This document shows positions 27,576 to 37,677 of a stretch of 64,000 nt of DNA, in pieces. Under the pieces are notes generated by a model. The model was not told the origin of the DNA, did no database searches, and saw only the letters and a list, made by a program, of their open reading frames with translations. How positions within the stretch are numbered: position 1 is the first letter of the stretch; the number at the start of each line of letters is the position of its first letter. The stretch spans positions 286,615 through 350,614 of the forward strand of contig JAVQZY010000020.1 of NCBI GenBank assembly GCA_033582675.1, given 5' to 3'. A program made the translations under genes and the position numbers. The DNA comes from Burkholderiales bacterium (GTDB taxonomy: Bacteria > Pseudomonadota > Gammaproteobacteria > Burkholderiales > SG8-39).

Positions 27576-28697
27576 CTAGGGCCGCTTGCCGGTCTCCAGA
27601 CCGATCGCGCGCGCAAGGTCGCGATGCACGCGCGCGACGCGCTCGACCTCGCCCTTCGCGGGGAAGCGCTCGTAGAACCCCTCCTCGCGAAAGAGCGGCG
27701 CCATCTCGGCCCAGGGTTGGAGCCGCTTCTGCCAGCGCTCCGGGCGGCCGCTGGCGGGCTCGGCGTCCTCGCGCGCGAGATCCGCGCACACCCGGATCAT
27801 CGCCTTGATGGTCACCGGCTTCGTGACCATGTAGGCGTCGTTGCCCCAGACCCCCTCGCCGAAGACAGCTTTGGCCGCCTGCAGAAAGTCGCGCACGATC
27901 GCGTAGTAGCGCGGAAGCTCCTTCGGCGTGCCGCCCGCAAGCTGGATCGAGCGCCAGCGGCCGCGTACCCAGCGGTGAAGCTCGTTGAAGAGTTCGGCCT
28001 GCAGTACCCACTTGTCGCGCTGACTGCGTCCGCCGAGCCGGTTGATGCGGTAGCGAAGCGGGCTGTCGCCCTCGCCGTAGAGCCGTTCGACCAGCCGCGC
28101 GGCGAACTTGCGGTCGGGGGCGGCCCACGAGACGCGCTCGTAGAGGTCGATAAGATGGCTTTTGTTGATGCGCGTCGGCGTCGAGTTGATGATGACGAAC
28201 ATCTCGGCGGCGAAGTCCTCGCTCCTGCCGTCGAAGATGATGCACGGCACATGGATCGTCGCGGCCTCCGCCGGCCGCTCCTGCATGTAGAAGTAAAGCG
28301 CCGCAAGCCGATGCTGGCCGTCGATGATCAGGAACTTGCCCGCGGGCTCCGACAGCGTGCCGAAGCCGTCGGCGTTCTCGGCGCGGAACTGCAGCCGCTC
28401 GTGCGTAAAGAGGAGCACCGTCCCGGGGATCGCCGGCTGCGAGACCGCGGTCTCGTAGAAGTTGACGAGCTGGCGCACCTTGGTGCGCGACAGCGAGCGC
28501 TGGAACGCGCTGTCGCTGCGCTCGACGCGGGCGATGAACTGCGCGATGTCGTCATTCTCGGCGACCGGCGTCGGCGCGATCTCGCCCTGCTCGCCGTAGA
28601 AGCGGCTGATGAAGCGCACCCTCGCGAGCAGGTCCTTCGCCTTGTAGCTGACGAAGTAGAACACCCCGTCCTTCTGCCGGATCTGCGTCGCGTGCAT
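27576..28697 (-). CDS. Stand-alone DGQHR-domain (DndB-like, ParB/Srx-fold) protein.
   Basis: 373 aa. The IIDGQHRL motif is encoded at 28308-28322. QRSLSRTKVRQLVNFY lies upstream and FVIINSTPTRINKSHLIDL downstream. No dnd or dpd partner gene is in the window. Confidence 0.8.
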   Translation of the reverse strand: MHATQIRQKDGVFYFVSYKAKDLLARVRFISRFYGEQGEIAPTPVAENDDIAQFIARVERSDSAFQRSLSRTKVRQLVNFYETAVSQPAIPGTVLLFTHERLQFRAENADGFGTLSEPAGKFLIIDGQHRLAALYFYMQERPAEAATIHVPCIIFDGRSEDFAAEMFVIINSTPTRINKSHLIDLYERVSWAAPDRKFAARLVERLYGEGDSPLRYRINRLGGRSQRDKWVLQAELFNELHRWVRGRWRSIQLAGGTPKELPRYYAIVRDFLQAAKAVFGEGVWGNDAYMVTKPVTIKAMIRVCADLAREDAEPASGRPERWQKRLQPWAEMAPLFREEGFYERFPAKGEVERVARVHRDLARAIGLETGKRP

Positions 28698-28803
28698 GCC
28701 CCTTCCCCGCGGGTCGTTCTGGCCGTGCCGAAATATACCCGGAGTCGGTGCGCGGCGCAGAAGCCGCGGCGGCCGCCCCCCGGAGGACGGCGGTGCCGGC
28801 CGC

Positions 28804-29436
28804 CTACCGGGCGAACCGTTCGAGGAGCTTGACGACCTCGGCGTGGCCGCGCTCGCGCGCGTAGTCGAGCGGCCGCTTGCCCTCGCGGTTCGGCTCCCGG
28901 GGATCGAGGCCGAGCGAGAGCAGCCACTCGACCTGCTCGACCGAGCCGCCGTCGGCGGCCGCGTGCAGCAGCCCGTTGCCGCGCAGGTCCTTTGCCCTCA
29001 GGTCGGCCCCCCGCTCGACGAGCAGCCGCGCGGTTTCGGTGTTGCCGGCGAGCACCGCCCAGTAGAGCGGCGATTCGCCGTCGTCGTTGCGCAGCCGCGG
29101 ATCGGCCCCGGCGGCGAGCAGAAGCGCCGCGAAGGCGGGATCCTCGTGCAACGCCGCATAGTGAAGCGGCGTCTCGCCGTTCGGGCCGCGCGCGTTCGGT
29201 CGCGCGCCGCGCCGCACGAGCAGCTCGGCGAGCTCCCGATAGCCCTTCTCTATCGCCCGGTGGAGCGCGGTCTCGCCCGCCTCGTTGCGCGCCTCGAGAT
29301 CGACGGCCCCGCGCTCGACGATGCCCTCGGCGACGAGCGGTTTGCCGTCCTCGATCGCGGCGAAGAGCCGCGCCGCCGGGCTCTGCGCCCACGCCGGCGC
29401 GACGGCAAGGAGCAGGATCGCGCAGCACCGCTTCAT
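28804..29436 (-). CDS. Secreted ankyrin-repeat protein.
   Basis: Signal peptide MKRCCAILLLAVAPAWA. Five or six ANK-like repeats (GETALHRAIEKGYRELAELLVRRGARPN, GETPLHYAA, GESPLYWAV, GNGLLHAAA, GKRPLDYA). Confidence 0.85.
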   Translation of the reverse strand: MKRCCAILLLAVAPAWAQSPAARLFAAIEDGKPLVAEGIVERGAVDLEARNEAGETALHRAIEKGYRELAELLVRRGARPNARGPNGETPLHYAALHEDPAFAALLLAAGADPRLRNDDGESPLYWAVLAGNTETARLLVERGADLRAKDLRGNGLLHAAADGGSVEQVEWLLSLGLDPREPNREGKRPLDYARERGHAEVVKLLERFAR

Positions 29437-29442
29437 GTCGGC

Positions 29443-29450
29443 ATTGTAAT
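29443..29450. promoter_or_regulatory. Shared AT-rich element for divergent promoters: TACAAT on the minus strand, TGTAAT on the plus strand.
   Basis: cattgtaatc. The minus-strand hexamer ends 6 nt before ankyrin ATG 29436, suggesting a leaderless mRNA. The plus-strand hexamer lies 43 nt before ACT ATG 29494, which has an AGGAGGA SD. Confidence 0.4.
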
Positions 29451-29493
29451 CGGCGTACGATTGGCGCTCCGACCGACGAGAGGAGGACTTGCG

Positions 29494-29919
29494 ATGGCAC
29501 TCAAGGTGACGCGTGCAGACGTCTGGACGGCGACCGTCGAAGACCGGGTCGGCGGCGCCGCCGAAAAGTTCGAGGCGCTCGCCCGCGCCAAGGTGAACCT
29601 CGAGTTCGCGCTCGCGCGGCGAACGCCCGAGAACCCCGGCAAGGGCATCCTGTTCGCCTATCCGCTGAAGGGCGCGAAAGCGATCCGCGCGGCGCAGGAG
29701 GCCGGCTTCGCCAAGTCGGCGTCGATCCATTCGGTTCGCATCGAGGGCCCGGACAAGCCGGGCACGGCGGCGCGCATCGCGCGCGCGCTCGCCGAGGCCG
29801 GGATCTCGTTCCGGGGCCTTGCGGCGAGCGCGCTCGGGCGCAGGTTCGTCGGCTTCGTCGCGCTCGATAGCGCCGAGGACGCGAAAAAAGCGGCGGCGGT
29901 GCTGAGAAAGCTCGCCTGA
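29494..29919 (+). CDS. ACT-domain (amino-acid-binding-like) protein.
   Basis: 141 aa, preceded by AGGAGGA. Two small beta-alpha-beta-beta-alpha-beta-like halves (VRIEGPDKPGTAARIARALAEAGISFRGL). Confidence 0.6.
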   Translation: MALKVTRADVWTATVEDRVGGAAEKFEALARAKVNLEFALARRTPENPGKGILFAYPLKGAKAIRAAQEAGFAKSASIHSVRIEGPDKPGTAARIARALAEAGISFRGLAASALGRRFVGFVALDSAEDAKKAAAVLRKLA

Positions 29920-29920
29920 G

Positions 29921-29937
29921 GGGCGCCGAAAGCGCCC
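29921..29937. terminator. Short GC hairpin between convergent genes.
   Basis: GGGCGC-cgaaa-GCGCCC, directly after ACT stop 29917-29919. Confidence 0.35.
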
Positions 29938-29942
29938 GGCCG

Positions 29943-32833
29943 TCAGGGCGCCGACGCCGGGTGCGCGTCCCGCGCGGCGAGCGCGCGCGCGAGCGCCTCG
30001 GCGAGGTGAAGCGTCGGGCGGCCGGTGAGCGCCTCGATCTGCTCCCGGCAGGAAAAGCCGTCCGCGACGATGAGCGTCGCAGGCGATGTTCGTCGCACCT
30101 CGGGTAGCAGCGAGCGCTCGGCGATCCGGACCGACGCGCCGTAGGTCTCGCGGCGAAAGCCGAAGGCGCCCGCCATGCCGCAGCAGCCGGTGTCCGGAGC
30201 GTGCACCTCCATGCCGGCGGCTTCGAGCAGGGCGAGGTCGGCGGCGATGCCGGCGAGCGCCTTGCGGTGACAGTGGCCGTGTACGAGCGCCCGTCCGCCT
30301 TTCGCCGGCGGCCGCCAGCCGCGCTCAAGGAGCAGCTCGCCGAGCGAGGTGGCGAGCTCAGAGAGCCGCATCGCCTCGGCCTGCCCCGGGAACAGGCGCC
30401 GCAGCTCGTCGCGAAACACCGAAAGGCACCCGGGCTCCAAGACGACGAGAGGCACGCCGGCGCGAACCCTCGGCGCCATCGCCTCGAGGATCCTGCGCAT
30501 CGCCGAGCGCGCAGCATCGAGCATGCCGGCGTCGTAGTACGGTCGGCCGCAGCAGAGCCCCGGCGGCGAAAGCTCCGGGCGGAACCCGGCCGCCTCGAGC
30601 ACCTCGACAGCGGCGACACCCGCTTCGGGCCGGAAATGCCCGGTGAAGGTGTCGGCGAAAACGATCACCGGCTCGCCTTGCCCGACGCGCCGCGGCCGCC
30701 CGCGCGCGGCGAGCGCCGCGCGAAGCGTACGCGCCGCAAGCCGCGGAAGCGGCCGCTCGGCGGCGATTCCGAGCGCCCTCCGCAGGAGCGCGCCGGTGAC
30801 CGGCGCCAAAGCGATCCAATTGGCAAGGCGCGGCAGGCGCGCAAGGAGCGGCGCCCACTCGCCGACGCGCGCGAACGCCGCGACCGCGAGCGGCCGACGC
30901 CGGCGATCATAGTAGTGCGAGAGGAACTCGGCCTTGTAGGCGGCCATGTCGGTGTGCGTCGGGCAGTCGCTCTTGCAGCCCTTGCAGCCGAGGCACCAGT
31001 CGAGCGCCTCGCGCACCGCTTCGCTCTCCCAGCCGTCGGCGATCACCTCGCCGCGCAGCATCTCCTGCAGCAGCCGGGCGCGGCCGCGCGTCGAGTAGCG
31101 CTCCTCGCCCGTCGCGCGATAGCTCGGGCACATCGTGCCGCCGGTGCGCGCGCGGCACTTTCCCATGCCGACGCAGCGCTCGAGCTCCCGCGCGAAGCCC
31201 TCGCCCACCTCGCTCGAAAAATCGAGCCGCGTGGCGAGGGTCACCGGCCGGTACTGCGGCCCGAGCCGCAGGTGCTCGTCGACGCGGTAAACCGCCCCGC
31301 CCGCTGCGACGAGCTTTCCCGGGTTCATGCGGCCGAGCGGATCCCAGATGCGCTTGAACTCGCCGAACGCCTCCATCAACGCCGGGCCGTACATCACCGG
31401 AAGGAGCTCCGCCTTCGCCTGGCCGTCGCCGTGCTCGCCCGAGAGCGAGCCGCCGTATCGCACGACGAGCGCCGCCGCGTCGAACAGAAAGGAGCGCCAG
31501 CGCGCAAGGCCCTCGGGCGTGCGAAGATCGAACGTGATGCGCGCGTGCACGCAGCCGTCGCCGAAGTGGCCGTAGAGCGAGGTGCGATACCCGTAGCGGT
31601 CGACGAGGCGCTGGAACTCGCGCAGGTAGTCGCCGAGCCGCAGCGGATCGACCGCGGCGTCTTCCCAGCCGACCACCGGATCAGGGCCGGGCGTGCCCTT
31701 GAGGTTGAGCGCCGTCGCCGAGGCGCCGGTCTCGCGGATCGTCCAGATGCGCTCGGCGATCGCGCGGTCTTCGAGCAGGCGACCGCCGAGGCGCGCTTGG
31801 AGCGCCCGCGCGCGCTCGATCGCTTCGGCGCGCGTGTCGGCGCCGAACTCGATCATCAGCCAGGCGCCGCCCTCGGGCAGGAGCGCGAGGTCGGCAAGCC
31901 GCAGGCGGCGCTCCCGCAGCCCGCCGACGATTCCGCTGTCCAGTCCCTCGCAGGCGATCGGGCCCGCTTCGAGCACCTGCGGGACGGCGTCTGCCGCGGC
32001 ATAGATGTCGGGAAAGCCTGCGACGAGGAGCACCCGCTCCCGCGGGCTCTTTACCAGCCGCACGAGCGCCTGGAGCACGATCGCGCAGGTGCCCTCGCTG
32101 CCGACCAGCGCCCGCGCCACATGAAAGCCGTTCTCCGGGAGCAGCTGGTCGAGGTTGTAGCCCGACACGCGCCGCTTGATCCTCGGAAACCCCCGCCGGA
32201 TGTGCTCTGCGTAGCGCTCGCGCAGCGCCGCGAGCGCGGCGTAGATCTCGCCCCGCCGGCCGCCGGCGCGCACGATCGCCTCCAGCTCCGCCTCCGAGGT
32301 CGCGCCGCACCAGAAGCGCGCGCCGTCGTAAGTGAGCACTTCCAGCGCTTCGACGTTCTCGACCGTCTTTCCGGCCATCACCGAGTGCGGGCCGCAGGCG
32401 TTGTTGCCGATCATGCCCCCAGCGTGCAGCGCGAGTGCGTCGCCGGATCCGGCGCGAAGGTAAGGCCGTAGCGCTCGGCCTCCGAGCGCAGCGCATCGCA
32501 CACCGCCCCCGGCTCGACGCGCGCAAGGCGCGCTTGCGCGTCCACCTCGAGCACCCGGTCGAGGTATTTCGAGGAATCGATGACGACGGCGACGTTCACC
32601 GACTGGCCGCAAAGCGAGGTGCCCCCGCCGCGCGCAAGCACCGGCGCGCCGTACTCGCGGCAGACGGCGACCGCGGCGACGATGTCCTCGACCGAGCGCG
32701 GCAGCACGACGCCGATCGGCACCTGGCGGTAGTTCGAGGCATCCGAGGCGTAGGCGGCGCGCGCGCCGGCATCGAAGCGCACTTCGCCTTCGACCGCGCG
32801 GCGCAGCGCGGCGTGCAGGCCGGCGTAGTTCAC
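29943..32833 (-). pseudogene. YdiJ-like FAD-linked oxidase fused to an Fe-S / CCG domain (2-hydroxyacid dehydrogenase type), with one frame disruption near 32412.
   Basis: The N-terminal 140 aa lie in ORF 32411..32833 (ARGGGTSLCGQS). The rest lies in ORF 29943..32897 (GMIGNNACGPH, HFGDGCVH, CxxCxxCxxxCP as CLGCKGCKSDCP, CCG motifs). Confidence 0.85.
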
Positions 32834-34835
32834 GGCGCGAGTCTAGCGGGGTCGAGCGTCTCGAGGAGCGGCGGCAGCGGGCAGTCGAGCACCGCACCGA
32901 CGAGCCGCAGAAGCTCGGCCTCCGCGAGCCGGATCCGGCCGTCGTGGGTGGCGGTCGCGAACAGCCCGCGAACGAGGATCGCCTTCTCGAGCGGCCCGAG
33001 CTCGCGCAGCGCTTCGAGCGCCGCCGCGGCGTTCTCCGGCGTTAGCTCACCGGCGCTCCTCGGCTCCAAGCCCATCTCTCTCGCCCCTGCAGCGATCGCG
33101 GCCGCGAGCGCCTCGGCGCGCGCGCCGACCGCGTCCCGGCGCGTGCCCGCGTGCGCGACGAGCGAGACGAGCAGCGCCGCCTGCGGCGCAAGGTCGGCGA
33201 GCCGCCGGTCGCCGGCGACCGGTTTCGGCGGCGGAAAGAGCTGAGCGCGAACGAGCGTAAGGACGACGAATTCGTGCACCGACATGCGCTGGTCGGCGCG
33301 TACGACCGCCTCGAGCGCCCGCACGGCGTCCCGGCGCAGGTCCTCCGGGGCGCCTTTGAGCGCAGCGAGCGCAAGATCGATCGCCGGCAGGTGCGCCGGC
33401 GGCCCGATTCGCGCGGCAAGCGGCGCGATCGCCTCCGCCTGCGCGGCGATCGCTTCGAGCCCTGCGGCGCGCAGCGCCGCGAACTGGCCGCGCCTTGCAT
33501 CCTCGCGGGCAGCGAGCGCGAGCGCAACCAGCACCGCGGGCGCCCCGTGCGGCGTACGCATGCGCGCCTTGAGCTCTTCCGGCAGCGCCGCGAGCAGCCG
33601 CCGCGCGTAATCGACCTTCGCGCCGTCGGTGGTGCCGACGAGCGCGGCGCTCTCGCCCGCCGACCGGCCCCAAGCGCTCGCCGCGTCGCCCGCGCGCCGT
33701 CCGCCGGCGGCCAGTGTCGCCTCGGCGAGCACCGCGGCGATCGCGCTGCGCCGCTCGCCTTCGCGCGCCTGTGCCTGCGCGAGCGCCTGCGCCCGCCGCG
33801 CGCGCTTTCGCGATAGAGGCGCGGCTGGAAATGCGGGTATACGCGGCGGATGCGCTCCTCGATCGGCGGGTGCGTCGCGAACAGCCGCTCGAACCAAAGC
33901 GCGACCGCCTCGGCGAAGAACATGTGCGACAGCTCCTCGGCGTGGCGGTCGCGGATCAGCGTTCCGACCGGTTCGCTCCTCAAGCCGGTCGAGCGCGCCG
34001 GCGACCGCCTCCGGGTTTCGCGTGAACTGCACGCTCGCGGCGTCGGCGAGGAACTCGCGCTGGCGCGCCACCGCCGCCTTGATGAGCCGCGCAAAAAACA
34101 GCCCGACGTAGCCGATCAGGAGCAAGGCGAGCCCGACGGCGAGCAGCGGCCCCGAGCGCGAGCGGCCGTCGCCGCGCCGCGCGCGCAGCAGGAACTCGCC
34201 CACCGAGCCGACGAACACGATGCCCGCGAGCACCCCCAGCATGCGGATGTCGAGCCGCATGTCGCCGTTCAGGATGTGGCTGAACTCGTGGCCGATCACG
34301 CCCTGCAGCTCGTCGCGGTCGAGATGTTCGAGCGCGCCGCGCGTCACCGCGACCACCGCGTCCGACACGGTGTAGCCGGCCGCGAACGCGTTGATGCCCG
34401 GCTCGCCGTCCATCACGTAGGCGGCCGGAACGCGCAGGCCGGCGGCGATCGCCATTTCCTCGACGACGTTCAGGTAGCGGCGCTCGAGCGGATCGGCGGT
34501 GTCGGGCCGCACGCGCGCGCGCGCCGACGAGCTCGGCGACCTTGCGCCCGCCCTGCGCGAGCTTCGCGACGTTCCAGACGCTCACCGCGAGGATCGTCGC
34601 CGCGGTCGCGACCGCGCCCCAGACGTAGACCGCGGCGGCACCAGCCGATAGAGGCCGCCGAACCCCGGGGCGACGAGCGTCGGCGAGCAGCCGGTCGCCG
34701 ACCGCCCAGAGGTACGCGGTCGCGACGACGAGGTCGACGGCGATCACGACGCCTGATGACCGCGGCCGCGTAGAGCAGCACGAGCAGCCTCGTATTGCGC
34801 CGCGCCGTCTCCTGCCGCTCGAAGAACGTCGCCAT
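32830..34835 (-). pseudogene. M48-family (HtpX-like) zinc metalloprotease with a long Ala-rich helical C-terminal domain, with at least 5 frame disruptions.
   Basis: MATFFERQETARRNT start at 34835. TM pieces sit in other frames. HEFSHILNGD is the HExxH motif. FATHPPIEERIRRV lies in the ORF 33042..34094 frame. The C-terminal ~330 aa lie in ORF 32830..34512. Confidence 0.75.
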
Positions 34836-34865
34836 GGCGCGCCGCCCGCTCGCGCGCGACCGGCG

Positions 34866-35454
34866 CTAGCCGAACGAGACCCTCGGCGCCTTGCGCTCCT
34901 CGGCCGATTCGGTCGCCTCGAGCAGCTTCGCTTCGGCGAACCCGGAAAGGCCGGCGACGATCGAATCCGGAAAGGACTCGCGCCGCGTGTTGTACGCCAT
35001 CACCGCGTCGTTGTACGCCTGGCGCGCGAACGCGACCTTGTTCTCGGTCGAGGTGAGCTCTTCCTGCACCTGCAGGACGTCTGGTTCGCCTTCAGGTCGG
35101 GATACGCCTCGAAGAGCGCGAGCAGCCGCCCGAGCGCGCCGCCGAGCGCGCCCTCGGCCTCGGCGAGCCCCTGCATCGCCGCCGCATCGCCCGGCGCGGC
35201 GGCCGCCTTCTGCGCGGCGGCGAGCGCCGCCCGCGCGCCGCGATCGCCGCCTCGAGCGTGTCGCGCTCGTGCGCGAGGTAGCCCTTCGCCGCCTCGACGA
35301 GGTTCGGGACGAGGTCGTAGCGGCGCTTCAGCTGCACGTCGATCTGCGCGAACGCGTTGCGGTAGCGCTCGCGCAGCGCGACGAGGCGGTTGTAAATCGC
35401 GATCCCCGCGACGACGATCGCCGCGAGCACGCCGACGAAGATCCAGATGCCCAT
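34866..35454 (-). pseudogene. lemA: Second LemA-family protein, with two frame disruptions.
   Basis: N-terminus MGIWIFVGVLAAIVVAGIAIYNRLVALRE..QLKRRYDLVPNLVEAAKGY in ORF 35092..35454. C-terminus ELTSTENKVAFARQAYNDAVMAYNT in ORF 34866..35069. Confidence 0.8.
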
Positions 35455-35486
35455 GCCGATCTCCCGAAACGCTGCGCGCGTGCGGG

Positions 35487-35495
35487 TACTATAGC
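35487..35495. promoter_or_regulatory. Shared AT-rich element for divergent promoters: TACTAT on the plus strand, TATAGT on the minus strand.
   Basis: ggtactatagcg. The plus-strand hexamer ends 5 nt before ATG 35498, suggesting a leaderless mRNA. The minus-strand TATAGT lies about 30 nt before lemA ATG 35454. Confidence 0.4.
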
Positions 35496-35497
35496 GT

Positions 35498-36753
35498 ATG
35501 CGCGATCGGCTCTGTCGTCTGCTGCGCGCGCAGCCGCACGAACTCGGCGCGCTCGCCGCCGCGTTCGCGTACTTTTTTCTCCTGCTCGCCGCGTACTACG
35601 TGCTGCGGCCGGTGCGCGACGCGCTCGCGGTGCAGGCGGGCGCGGCGCGTCTGCCGTGGGTGCTCACCGCGGTTTTCGCCGCGATGCTCGCGCTCGTGCC
35701 GCTCTGGGGCTGGCTGTGCGCGCGGTTTGCGCGCGCGCCGCTCCTTGCGGCGACGTACGCATGTTTCGCGCTCGACCTGTGCGCGTTCTGGCTCGCGCTG
35801 CGCGGCGGCGCCGGACCGCTGCTCGCCGGCGGTTTCTTCGTCTGGGTGAGCGTGTTCAACCTGTTCGCGGTGTCGGTGTTCTGGAGCTTCATGGCCGACC
35901 TGTTCGACCGCGCGCAGGCCGCGCGCGCTCTTTCCCGCGATCGCCGCAGGCGGCAGCTGCGGCGCGATCGCAGGTCCCGCGTTGACCGCGCCAGGCGGCG
36001 CCCGCGCTCGGGCCGGCGAACCTGCTCGTCGTATCGGCGACGCTGCTTGCGGCCGCGATCGGCTGCATCCTCGCGCTCGCGCGCTGGGCGCGCCGGCACC
36101 CGCGCGCGGGCGAGCCGGCCGCCGAGACGCCGCTCGGCGGCTGCGATCCTCGCCGGCGCGCGCGCCGCGCTCACGTCGCCGTTTCTGCTGGGCATCGGCG
36201 GCTGGCTGCTCTGCTACACCGTGCTCTCGACCGCGCTCTACTTCCAGCAGGTGCAGATCGTCGGCGCCGCGATCGCCGATCCGGCCGAGCGCACGCGGCT
36301 CTTCGCGGCGGTGGATCTCGCGGTGAACGCGCTCGCGCTCGTCGTTCAGCTCGGCGCGACCGCGCGCCTCACGCTTCGGCTCGGCACCGGCTGGATGCTC
36401 GCGCTGATGCCGCTTCTTCGCTCGCCGGCTTCGCGCTGCTCGGCGCCGCGCCGGTTCTCGCGGTGCTCGTCGCCTTCGGCATCGCGCGGCGCGTGGGCGA
36501 ATTCGCGATCTCGAAGCCCGTGCGCGAGGCGCTCTACACCGGGGTGTCGCGCGAGGCGCGCTACAAGGCGAAGAACTTCATCGACACCGTCGTCTATCGC
36601 GGCGGCGACGCGCTCGCGGGCTGGCTCGTGCAGGCGCTGCGCGCGCTCGGGCTCGGGGTCTCGGGGATCGCGTTCGCGATGCTGCCGGTCGCGGCCGCCT
36701 GGGTCGCCGTGAGCTTCTGGCTCGGCCGCCGCGAGGCGCGCGCCCAGGCATAG
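35498..36753 (+). pseudogene. TLC/ATP:ADP-antiporter-like (MFS-type) membrane transporter, with at least 4 frame disruptions.
   Basis: AAYYVLRPVRDAL and GGFFVWVSVFNLFAVSVFWSFMADLF are typical of the family. Further real-looking segments sit in other frames (LFPAIAAGGSCGAIAGPALTA). The tail is ORF 36463..36753. Confidence 0.6.
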
Positions 36754-36756
36754 AAT
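36751..36756 (+). promoter_or_regulatory. Candidate -10 hexamer TAGAAT.
   Basis: It ends 8 nt before ATG 36765, with no SD visible. It also contains the stop codon of the upstream gene. Confidence 0.4.
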
Positions 36757-36764
36757 CGCGACCG

Positions 36765-37677
36765 ATGAACCCTCGGCGCCGGGCGACCCTGCGATCGCTC
36801 GCCGCGCTCGCTGCCACCGTGACCGCCGGTCCCCTGAATTCCGCGCCGGGCGCGATGCACACGCGGCCGATACCCGCGAGCGGCGAGCCGCTGCCCGTCG
36901 TCGGTCTCGGCACTTGGCGGGTATTCGACGTCGGCGACGACGCCGGGGCGAAGGCGACGCTCGGCGAAGTGCTGCGCATTTTCCATGCCGGCGGCGGGCG
37001 CCTGATCGATTCCTCGCCGATGTACGGCGCGGCCGAATCGGTGGTGGGCGAGCTGTGCGACGCGCTCGGGCTCTGCGCGTCGCTTTTCCTCGCGACCAAG
37101 GTCTGGAGGAGCGGGCGAGCGGAAGGCGTGCGGCAGATGGAGACCTCGTTGCGCCGGCTGCGGGTGCCGGCGATCGACCTCATGCAGGTGCACAACCTCG
37201 TCGACGTCGCCGCGCACGCGGACACGCTCGCCGATGGAAGGCTGCGGGCCGCGCGCGCTGACATCGGCATCACGCACTACAGCGCCGCCGCCTACGGCGA
37301 GGTGGAACATTGGCTCGCGGCGCGGCGCTGGGACTTCCTGCAGATCAACTACGCTCGCCGAGCGCGATGCCGAGCGCCGCCTGCTGCCGATTGCGCGCAG
37401 CGCGGGATCGCGGTGATCGCCGAACCGGCCGTTCGCCGAGGGAGCGCTCTTTCGCCGCGTGCGCGGAAAGCCGCTTCCCGCCTGGGCGCAGGAGGCCGGC
37501 ATCGCGAGTTGGGCGCAGTACTTCCTCAAGTGGATCCTCGGCCATCCGGCGGTGACCTGCGCGATTCCGGGCACCGGCCGGCCCGAGCACATGCGCGACA
37601 ACCTCGCCGCGGGCGTCGGGACGCTGCCCGACGAGGCGCTGCGCCGGCGCATGACCGCGTATTTCGACGCGCTGTGA
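36765..37677 (+). pseudogene. Aldo/keto reductase with a twin-arginine signal, with at least 5 frame disruptions.
   Basis: MNPRRRATLRSLAALAATV is Tat-like. GLGTW..IDSSPMYG..ATKVW. A compensated shift at 37235-37258 hides WKAAGRAR. LAERDAERRLLPIARSAG and the tail GKPLPAWAQ..TAYFDAL lie in other frames. Confidence 0.75.

Noticed and set aside
27576-29436. The DGQHR protein as part of a Dnd phosphorothioation or Dpd deazaguanine defence island.
   Set aside because: No DndA/C/D/E, DpdA/TGT-like, restriction, helicase or ATPase genes lie anywhere nearby. The only co-oriented neighbour is a periplasmic ankyrin protein. I kept it as an orphan rather than calling a system.
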